A DNA stretch of 64,000 bases from Guillardia theta CCMP2712. Its lineage: Eukaryota > Protista > Cryptophyta. How positions within the stretch are numbered: position 1 is the stretch's first letter; the number at the start of each line of letters is the position of its first letter. Below the pieces are notes generated by a model. The model was given only the letters and a program-made list of their open reading frames with translations. It searched no databases and was not told the origin of the DNA. The position numbers were made by a program, and so were the translations under genes. Below are positions 1 to 10,600 of this stretch, in pieces. The stretch is taken from the NCBI RefSeq assembly GCF_000315625.1, contig NW_005434617.1, positions 89,734-153,733 on the forward strand, written 5' to 3'.

Positions 1-1185
1 GATGTTTTGAAGTGCACCTGTCGCGTGCGTCATCGCCATCTTGGTCAAGCATGCGCGCAACAACCATGTCATGGATGATCTCTGGGTTTGGCGGCAGCGG
101 GTTTGGACCATGAATCCATCGTCCCGCAGAAAATTGTTTGCCCGAGCGAACAAATACCGGAGAGAGCTTCCGAAGGCTGTAAAGCATGATACCTGCTGAC
201 TTCTTCAGCTTAACCCAAGAGAAATGCTACGAATATGCATCCAAATACAATCTTCTTGTATCCAGAAAGAGTGTTTGTTTCTATGATACACTGATACACT
301 ACTAAACTTCAACATCATGAAGTATCAGGCTTCTTTTGCTCGCAAGACTTCCATTCGTCCTCTTCTCAGCCATAAATCCCAAAGCTGTCCTCCTGTCTTA
401 TTCTTAAACCATCTTTCTTTCCTCTCATTCTACTTTCCACTCTTTCCTTCACACAACCCTGACGTGTGATGTTCAACTTTCCGCACCCTGACATTTTGTA
501 ATCCTGACACTCGCCTTCACCTCCGAACACGTCTCGACTCAAGTAATCTCCTATCGTCTCCTCTCTCCTCGTATCCTCATATCGTGTCGTCCCATCATCT
601 TTTCTCTCCTCTCCTCTCCTCCATGATCCCATCTCTTTTCTCTTTGTCACGCCCCAAATCCACCATTAGAGACGCAAAATTGAGCCGTAGAGCCACCCTA
701 CCCATTACACTAAAATACAGGTACCCTACCCATCAAAATAGAACAATTCTTCCTGTGATTGCGGGGTTCACAGATACAGGGGTGGGTATTCAGATTGCTG
801 GGGAACCAAGGATGATACCGGGGCCAGGCTAGAAGTACAATATGGGTTCAAACTGATGGGGTAGGGTAGTCCCAAGGGCAGGTAATTAAGTGGAAAATAG
901 GGGGTAATTTCATGGGGAGTCAGGGGTAGGGGTAGGGTTGCTTACTTCTGCTTACGGACTCTTGGGTGACGGGTCGCCTTCTGTCAGTCACTGAGTGAAA
1001 GGCCGGGTGAAGGTGCCGGCGACCGGCCCTGTCAAGCGGGGGGATGAGGGGGGAGCGATCGGGGTGCCAAGGGTCGCGGCATGCAGGAGTTGTCGCCAAC
1101 GGTGCGGGGAAACCCGGTGAGGATGGCATGCTGAGAGGAAGAGAGGAGAGGAGAGGAGAGGAGATAAGCAGAGGTGAGAGGAGCG

Positions 1186-1229
1186 GGTATGGTAGGTATG
1201 GTATGGTATGGTATGGTATGGTATGGTAT
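1186..1229 (+). repeat. (GGTAT)n microsatellite
   Basis: Direct inspection. Confidence 0.9.
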
Positions 1230-1618
1230 TAGAGTCTAGACAATTGCGCGATTCGATGTTTTGAACCGAGTAGATGAATTCATGAAACTTGTGTGCTGTT
1301 GTAGCATCATCACGATAATCCTGTCAAGAGTGGAACTTGTCTTTCTATCTTGAAAGTCTCGTGCAGAGATGTTGATGTGCTTGTCTGAAGGGTGCATCGT
1401 TTGTTGTGAAATAATCCGAAACAGAGCGATCAATGTTTGACGGAGACTTGCTTTGATCCCCCGCAACGCTCTCCCTCTGATGTCCATACACACCACATTG
1501 ACTGATTCAAAATCATGATGTCATGAATTACTATGGGAATCCTGGATTCTCTCTCTCCTCATTTAGCTAGACAAACCTGTTTAATCTATCCCGTGCTAAT
1601 CGAACTTTCTTCTCGCAG

Positions 1619-4600
1619 CTCCTGAGGCTGGGCCGAGCACAGTCATGTCTCCTGCCCATCCTTGCGACGAGCATGTGTGTTCTGCTAGCGGTCTACCATG
1701 TTCGCTATCCCTCGACTCCTCAGGTGAACGTTGTCCCGTCGTCACCTGTGCTTTGCATTGATTTCAACCTTGCAGATCCTACATAGTGTTGCAAGCCCAA
1801 GCAGGCCGATAGGCCAGCCTGCTCGCGTGGAATACGTGAAGGGAGATCGTGACAAGCCTGTTGGAACTTTGGGAAGCTCCAAGGAGAGAAAGGTACATGC
1901 TGCAGTCTACCTACTTACCCCCTGAGGGCACTGACTCGTGGTAGTTTCTTAATGACTTCGTGGCTGGAGCGAGGAGAAAAGCGAAGATGATGGAGGCTGA
2001 GAAAGAGCTGGACCGATATTCTCTGATGGCAGAGGAGGCTGTTTCGAACTTGCGGGGGAAGCAAGCTCCGGCTGGTTCGGAAGGGCCTGCTGCGGATGGG
2101 TCATCGGTAGCCAAGAAGCTGCTGTCCAAGACCAAGGACGAGATCAGGACCATTGAGAGTGACTTCGAGAAGTCTATCGCCCGGCATGCTGGCTCGGAGC
2201 GCAAATCGTCAGAGTCACATGCTGTCCAGCCTCCGAAGCAGCAGCTCGAGAAGTTGCTCATGATGGACAAGCTTGCCTTGTCTGACGAGATTCACATCAA
2301 GATGCCGCAGAGCTCCCAGGGTGATCCGTAAGTTGAAGTTTGCGGTCGATAACCCTTCCTGAATTTGCTGGTCAGGCTGAGAGAGCAATGGACGGACGAA
2401 GGATGGAAGTCAGCGTCTTCGTCACGGCAGCCACGGGGGTCAAGGATGGGTGCCGTGCGGAAGTTGCCACAGCAGGCGTTACATCAAGGGATGATAGAAA
2501 ACTCAGTGGGCGAGAGCAGGAGGGCGCCGATGAAGGAAGGGAACTTCAACGTGCCTTATGCTCCGATAGGAGGCTACCAGGGGGCCATGGGACTTGGAGG
2601 GAACTTCCACACCAGCGGAGACTCTCCTGCCTTGTCTCTGAACGAGGAGGGGGGGGCTGGTTGGGTGCCCTATGTGGACGACGAGGGAAGGGACAAGTAC
2701 TACACGCAGGATGTGATCGGGGCAGGGACGTCGCACTACAACGTGCTGAACTCGAGGACGCCCCTTCTTGACCAGGGGGTGAGGGGAGAGTCAGACTTGA
2801 GCAGCGGCATGAGCGAAGAGGGAGACAAGGGGCTACTGGACCAGAACGACCACTTCATCGACTACGTCGACAACGAGGGGCGGGAGAAGAAGTTCAGGGA
2901 GCTGGGAGTTGTCACTTCAGTGCACAGAGGGAAGACTGTCTCTTGCCTCAAGAACTGTGATGAGGAGAGGAACACAACTCTCACCCCCGTCGGAACCTTC
3001 GAGGCTGCCCCCAGCTCAGACGACTGGCCGCAGATGACATCCCGGTCCGTCAAGGCTGAGAGCGAGTCGGACACGGACGACATGGACTCCGAAGCTCCGG
3101 CGACGGAAGTTGAGGCAGAGACCAACAAGCTGGGAAGGGACCTGGCTGACCTGAGAAGAACAGCTCAGGTCAAGGCGGACGACGAGCACGAGGAGCAGCT
3201 GTCGAAGCTCGACGATTCGCACGCCTCCGCTCTAGAGGCTCTCGACCTTGCGAAGAAGGTTGCGGACGACCAGGTGGAGGAGATCGATCTGAAGCACTCG
3301 ATCAAGGACCTTCAGTGGCAGCTCAACGCCTCATCTGAAGCCTTGGACTACGCGCAGAAAGACGACTTCAGCTATGTCGGCAAGATTCCGCCAGGGGGGC
3401 AGGAGGGGAACCTGGAAAGGCTGTACAAGGACGAGGATCCGTTGCTGCTTGCTTCCATCCGCCGTGGCGATTTCGTGCGAGCAGGGCCCAACGGGGAGGT
3501 GGAGCCTTATGTAGACAGCCAAGGGAACGAGATCTCTGACGAGAACCTTGAGAAGCTGAAGAAGAAGACAGGAGACGACCTAGAGGTTAGACGACCTTGT
3601 TGTTTGTTCGCGGCTCCCTCCTCGTACTCTGCTCCTTCCTCTTAACTCCCCGTCCCCCTCCTTGCTCTCCTTTCTCCTTCCTCCTTCCTCCTCTCCATCG
3701 TCCTTCCATCTTCATCTCGTTCTCTCTTCGCCCTTGCTTGACTCTCCTTCCAGCATCTGGACTCGCGCGCCAAGGACCTCTTCGATGCCCTTCCGCTCGT
3801 CGACAGTCACATGCTGGGAGACGACAAGGAGACACCCACCTGGGGCTTCAAAGACATGATGAAGGCGGGGAAGGAGGACCCCGTCCCCAACGAGAAGTTG
3901 GACCGGTTGTGCCTGCTCTGCGAATCCCTCTCCGATGACGGGAAGCTAGAATCCGTCCCAATATGTCAAGGTGACTCTTGGCTCTACCCAGTCCTTCCTC
4001 CTCCCTGCTCCTCCTTCTCCATCGTCTTCCTCCTCCCTTGCATCTCCCTTTGTTATGTCCACTCGCCTCCTGCTCACGGCTCGACCAGGGTTGAGCTGTG
4101 TGACGGGAGCCTGGCAAGACAGCATTGACAATCACCCGTACGACGAGCATGTGCTGCAGGTAAGACTTCAGCGACGTCCACTTCCTTTTCTTTCTCGTGT
4201 CTCCTTCCTCCTTGCGCTGCCTGCCGTTTTCCACCCTCTTCCTCCTGCTTTTTCCCTCCTCCTCTGCCTCTTCTGCATCGCACCTGGCTTGTTCGTCCCT
4301 CATGTTGTTCCAGGTGGCTCTCCATCCTCCCACGAAGGAGCTTCGCAAACTTGGAGTGCTGGACCGTGCGGAGCATCCGGAAGCTTACAAGGAGTATCCC
4401 GAGGAGAAGATCCGAGCCGGGTAGATGAAGGAGGAGACGGAAGGGGAGAGGAGTGGCGGTGATAGGGAGGCAGGATGGAAGGGATAGAATGCAAGACTCA
4501 GGAGGAGGGCGAGGGAGAAAGATGGAGGTGGGGACGTTGCGGGAGTATGAAGAGATGAAGGAAGGGAAGGGGGAGGGGAAGGGGAGAGCACGAGGGTGAG

Positions 4601-6697
4601 GGAAGGAGGGGAGGGCTGAATGTGGACAGTGGGAGGATGAAGTTTCAAGGTCGAGCTGACAGTCTGCCGGGCAGTCTCATCGCTTACTACGATTCGACTC
4701 ACAAGAAGCCGAGGGGTCAGGAGGACTCGATGGCAGGGCAGACGACGAGCCTGGCGCAGAACTTCCCCCAGAAGCAGAAGAGGAGGATGAGTAAGGGGCA
4801 GGTGCGGGCGCTCGCGTGCGACTACCTATCGTCCTCTCCGTCTCGTGGCCATGTCGAGGAGCTTCAACGTCTCTTCCTGCGCAAGTTCGGGGAAGGCTTG
4901 AAGTGCACTGGGGAGGAGCGAGGGAGAGCACATCAGCAGGTGAAGCAGGTAAGCTTGTGAGGACGATGACGATGGTGGTGGTGATGAGGTGCAGAACTTG
5001 GCGATGAAGCCTGAAGAAGAGGCGAAGAAAGATCAGGAGGAAGAGAAGCTTGAGGAGGAGCAGAAGGAGGAGGAGCAGAAGGAGGAGGAGCAGAAGGAGG
5101 AGGAGCAAAAAGAGGAGGAGGAGGAGGAGGAGGAGGAGGAGAGGACAGTTTACCTCTACGTCGGGCGGGACGCGCGAGCAGCCTTCCAGTACAAGGTCGT
5201 CAGTCATGCTGGCATCTGTGAGATGACTAAGAGGTCAACAGGTCGAAGACATCCTCTCAAAACNNNNNNNNNNNNNNNNNNNNNNNNNNNNNNNNNNNNN
5301 NNNNNNNNNNNNNNNNNNNNNNNNNNNNNNNNNNNNNNNNNNNNNNNNNNNNNNNNNNNNNNNCCAACCTGCAACTCCTTCTCCACCACCACCACGTCCT
5401 CCTCCTCCTCCTCCTCCTCCTCCTCCTCCTCCTCCTCCTCCTCCTCCTGCTCCTGCTCCTGCTCCTTCTGCTCTTCGTCTTGTCTTCCGACTTCTTATGT
5501 ATTTTCAGAGCATCAACAAGGAGGCAATCAGAGCTGTTGTGTGGGCCAAGGATTGTTCTGTCCTGATGTTTCCTCCATTCTTCAGCTTCCCGGACTTTCA
5601 TGAATATGTAAGAAAAGTAGGAGGAAGAGGAGGCGGGGGTAGGGAGTGGGGAAGCAGGTGGGGGGGCAGACGAGGGAAGCAGAGGAGGAGGGAGGATGAA
5701 GAGACTGAAACGCCTGCTGTGCAGGCTAAGAGGGATATTCGCAACTTTGTGAGGAAAGGAGGAAAGCATCACGGGACGGTCCTCTTCGTGGGAGGAGGTT
5801 TAGAAGTCTCCGTCATCAATCACATCTTCGGCTTCGAGGTCAAACCCTCCCTCTCCTTCTCCTCCCTCATCCCCCCTCTCCCTTCCTCTTGCTCCTCCTT
5901 CCCCGTCCCTTCTCCTCGCTTTGCCTCCTCTTCTCTTCCCCTTCCCCCATCATCCACTCCTTGATCTTGCTCCCCTCCCTCTTCCCCTCCACGAGTGCTC
6001 ATCTCGCTGCAGATTCATCCCAAGTACGTGGCTGGCCCCTACTACAAGAACAAGCGCTACGTGAAGGAGGGCGAGAGCTTCTCGGAGCTGCCTGACCTTG
6101 TGCCTGAGGTGAGACGAGGGGATGAAGACGAGGGTTGAGAAAAGGAGATGTAGACGATGGAGGAGGGAGGAGAGGAGAGGAGAGGAGAGGAGAGGAGAAG
6201 AATTTTTGACAGTTTGATCAGGTGGGGAATGTTTATGGGATGTGGATGCCATCGCTGCCTCCAAACTCTAGGTCCTTCTCTCCTCCCTTGTCCTTCTCTC
6301 CTGCTCCTTCCCTTTCTCCGCCATACGCCCTCCTCCCTCTTCCCCCCCCCCTCCTGACTTCCTTTCCCACAGGTCATTCTACGACTCCTTCGGTGTTAGC
6401 GTCGCCTGCTGCATACGATATGACCTCGGAAGAATCTGCTTCCTGGCACAGGTGTAACTTATCCACTTTCCTCTCCTCCTCCCTTCCACCCTTCCCCACT
6501 ATCTCCTCCCCCTTCTCCATTGCCCCTCGTCTCCCCCCGATCCTATCCTCCCGCTCCTCTCCTCCCGCTCCTCTCCTCCTGCTCCTCTCCCCCCTCCTTG
6601 TCCTCTCCTCACTCTCCTGCAGGACTTCTTGGATGTTCTCAAGGACGAGGTTGGTCCCTGGGCTGCTCTGTTAGCGGCGATTCTCGACTACTCGTGA
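1619..6697 (+). CDS. Large multi-exon orphan protein, probable N-terminal membrane anchor, acidic/coiled-coil middle (start uncertain; spans gap 5264-5363)
   Basis: ORF pieces 1960-2331, 2365-3645, 3811-, 4314-4420, 4630- and 5510-6110 are joined by GT-AG introns, e.g. GCC GG|gtagat...gacag|T GGG AGG ATG in frame. The last exon reads DFLDVLKDEVGPWAALLAAILDYS* and stops at 6697. Hydrophobic LPILATSMCVLLAVYHV lies near the 5' end. No family recognised. Confidence 0.5.
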
Positions 6698-6961
6698 GGG
6701 GGTGTAAATACGATGAGTGTAGACTAGGAGCGGGGGGAGACTGCAGGCCGTGAGGGTTCAAGTCTGAAGAGAGCGAACGTAAGTAGCGCTGGAGATAGGG
6801 GGAAAGAGGAGGAGGAAGGGGAAAGAGGAGGAGGAGGGGGAAAGAGGAGGAGTAATCGAGACGGGCTATTCATCTTTTGTAAATATTTCACCGAAAATTG
6901 TGTCGAGAGTGGAGGAAGGGAGGAGGAGGAGGAGGAGGAGGAGGGGGAGGAGGGGGGAGGG

Positions 6962-7598
6962 CTAGCAGCATGAGGTGTTATTGTTGAAGGAGTGGCTTCG
7001 CTTCGGCTTGGACCCTACCTTCTCTGGGTTGGGGGTGCCGAACATGCCCTGGTGGACCCACTTGGGGGTCATCATGACCTCTCCCTTGGCCAGCACGGAC
7101 TTGAGCTTGAGAGTGTTCTTGTCGAGGAGGAGAACGTCGGCGTCAGAGCCCACGCTGATCTCTCCCTTTCCCTTGAGCTTCAGGAACTTGGCCGGGTTCT
7201 TGGTTACGAGCGGGAGGATCCGATCGAGGGGCCACTGCTCCTGGAAGTACATCTTCCAAATGAACTGCAGGAAGGCCTTGGGGTGGCCGTAGGTGTAGCG
7301 GACGAGGTTGCCGTCGTCGTCGAAGGACGGGAGGGAGCCGTAGGAGTCGGAGGAGACCATCACGTGGTCCATGGGCAGCCCCTCCTGGTGGTACTTGCGG
7401 AGGGCGAGACGAGCCTTGACGGTGCGGCAGGTGAAGTCGACGTAGCCTCCCTTGCGGATCCACCTTGCTCCGTCCTGCGGGGTGATTGAGTGACAGGAGA
7501 GGGAGGGAGGCGGGAGGAAAGACTGAGGAGAAGGTTGGGGAAGAGAGATCAAGACAGGAATGAGGAGGAGAGGGGAGGGGCAAGAATGGTAGTGATAA

Positions 7599-7635
<37 letters not shown>

Positions 7636-10600
7636 GGCAGGGGCAGGGGCAGGGGCAGGGGCAGGGGCAGGGGCAGGGGCAGGGGCAGGAGCAGGGGCAG
7701 GGGCAGGGGCAGGGAAAGGAGGCGCAGGATAAGGGGAGGGGCCCCTAACCTCGATTAGGGCTTCCGATCGCTCCATGTGGGTGGGCAGGAAGGTCGTAAT
7801 GGGTATATCGCTCTCCTTCATCGCCTTCCACAGCGGCTGCAGCAGCCCATCCCCGAACCCCATGTGGCAGTACATGACTCCGGCCTTCCCGCTCAGCAGC
7901 CCTCCCACCCGACAGTCGGACGCAACGTCGAGGATGCGCTCAGAGGAGGGCTGGGAGCCCCTGTGGTCGGAGATGGCACACTCCCCGACCCCGATGCACT
8001 GCTCCAGCAGGCAGATGTCTCGTCGTACGGAGCCAGTGATGTTGGGCGCGGGGATGCGATAGGCTCCTGTCCACATGTATGCGGTGATGCCGTCCTCGTT
8101 GAGGCCCCGGCACTTGGTCAAGAGGTTCTCAAGGCTCCTGCTAACGCAGTCCGTTCCCAGCACGCCGACGACCGTCGTCAGACCTGCCGGGGGTCTCAGG
8201 GGCAGGAGAGAAGGAAGGGGGCGAGGGGGGTGGAGGGGGCGAGAAGGGAAGGGTGAGGGACATATCAGCCATCCAGTTGAAGGAGAAGCAGATTGAAACG
8301 AATGCAGCTGCAGAAGCCAAGANNNNNNNNNNNNNNNNNNNNNNNNNNNNNNNNNNNNNNNNNNNNNNNNNNNNNNNNNNNNNNNNNNNNNNNNNNNNNN
8401 NNNNNNNNNNNNNNNNNNNNNNGACAACCTGCAAGCTTCTGTCAGGAAGGCGGGGGAAGAGAAGGTAAAGTTGAAGCGATGGCGCTGGTATGTTGATCAT
8501 GATGGGGAGAGGAGGGAGGAGGAGGAGGAGGAGGAGGAGGAGGAGGAGGAGGAGGAGGAGGAGGATAGGTCACCTGCGTACCACCGACTAGAATGTGTTT
8601 GGCGTTGATGACCTCGGGAGCAAAGATCGCCTCGGCGTTCTTGATAAGGGTGAGCTTGAAGCGGGACTGCATCTGCTGAGAGACGACGGGGAGAGGAGGG
8701 ACCGAAGGCTTCAGCAGGTTGTTCGCCTTGTCATGCAGCGCCATGCATGCGTGCTCGTCTCTTCCTATCGCTATGAACATCCCAGCCACTCCTCGCAGAA
8801 ACTGGATGGGAAAGACTCCGCTGCTGCTCTGACCCGGCACGAAGTTACATCCTGCATTCTTGAGGCGCTTCCAGAAGGTCTGGATGTCAAGATCCTCTGC
8901 AAGAGCAAAGTCAAGATCAGAACACCTTTCGTCTTCCTCCTCTTGCCGCAGCCCCCGTTCTCCTCTCCTTTCTACCTCTCTGTTCTCCCTCCTCCCCGTT
9001 CCCCCTCCAATCCCTCTCCCCCTCGCTCCCCCTCCTCCTCTCTCCTGCACCTCTTCTCCCCCTTGCCTCACTTCCTCCCCCCTGAGGCACGCAGCTCACC
9101 TGTCGGCCTGTGCTCCCAGCAGTAGTAGGTCTTGTCGTGTGCGTACATCTGCAGGAAGAGCTTCGGGAAGTGACCTGAACGGAACCGCCCCGCCTTGAGG
9201 CTGCAGAGGACGGGGTTCCCTCCCACAGAGACGAAGTCCATCCCCCCCGGCCCCTTAGGCTTCATCTTGGACACGATGGACTGAAAGTAGCGGTTGGCCG
9301 ACTTCTGAAAGATCTTGGACGCGATCGACTTCCTCCAGCCCATGCACGAGTAGCCGACGATGATCTGGTCCACGAGCCCCTTCCCCAGCAGCACCCCTTC
9401 GTTGTAGTGCAGGGCGGGAGAGAGGATCAGCCCATCGGGCGCCTTGTCGAGGTTGAGAAACTCCTCGACGCAGACCTCACCGAGAGGGAAGTCATACATC
9501 TTCAGCTGCTCCATCTCGCTCACCACCAGGATCCCGTCCCCGTCGGTCCCGTAGATGGGCTTGATGATGATGTCTTTCACGTCCAGCAGCCTGTACGCCT
9601 CCAGCAGGTCATCCACGGTGGAGCAGCGGTACCCTCGAGCAACAGGGATGCTCGGGTCAAGCTGCTCGATTGCGGAGGGGGTGTTTGGAGACGAGACATG
9701 GCGGTGCAGGACGCCCTTGGAGCCGAACTTTTCAGTGAACTCGAGCTCCTCCCCGAAGACAGCGACGCCGAACTCGCTCAGGCTGCTGGCCCATCGCTGG
9801 AATGTGGGAGTGACCATGTAGGGGACGAGCGTCCACTTGTCCTCGCCGGAGATGATGATGCCTTTGAGCTGCGAGAGGATGGAGTCGTCGATGTCGTCGT
9901 CGAGCGACAGGTTCTCTCCTGAAGTGAAGATCGCTTGCGACTTGTCCAAATTCATCGCATTCCTGCAGAACTCCCAGTACTCCTTGATCGGCTTGTATCC
10001 TCCCGGCAAGATAATGATGTCTAAGTGCGGCCTCACGCATGCGATGGCCTTAGCGGCGAGCTGGAAGCGACGGTGAGGCTTTCGAACCTCGCTGAGAGGG
10101 CAGGACTGCACCCAGATCCTCCTCCTGTACCGCGACAGGGAAACAGACTCGACGTTTTGGTTGACACAGACCTCCCGGCTGGCAGTCTCCGCCTGCTCCT
10201 TGAGGGCCATGGCTTCTGAGTCGTCGCTCGCGATGGAGATGTAAGTTCCGATGCCGTAGTTGCTCTGGTTCCTGAGGAAGAGAAGGGGAAAGACTCCTGA
10301 CTTGGACTTCCCGGGAATGAACGCGATCCCCCGCTCCACCAGGCGGCTCCAGAAGGTCCAGATGTCGAGGTCAGAGGGTGGGTGTGAGTTCCACATATAG
10401 AACACAGAGCCCGTCGCATGCGTTTCCAGGAAGAGCTTGGCGTAGTGCATTGACGTGAAGACGTTGGTCTCCATCTCCAACAGGATCGGCTCGCCGTCGA
10501 TGCTCCCGAAGTCGAACAGCCCGGGCCCTTCAGGCTTCATCTCCTTGAGGATCGCGTTGGCCGCCAACGTGATCTGATCCTGGAATTTGAGGCTCGTGAC

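Larger units (their letters stand above)
6962..8670 (-). other. iadA: Isoaspartyl dipeptidase (beta-aspartyl peptidase) domain of the fusion protein
   Basis: ORFs 7549-8427 and 6962-7552 are closely colinear with IadA, including the metal ligands H(MG), (PT)H and SSD. The N-terminal HxH region falls in gap 8323-8422. Confidence 0.9.

Noticed and set aside
11-198. Possible last exon of an upstream gene (ACVIAILVKHAR...KHDTC*)
   Set aside because: Too short and truncated by the window edge to support a call.
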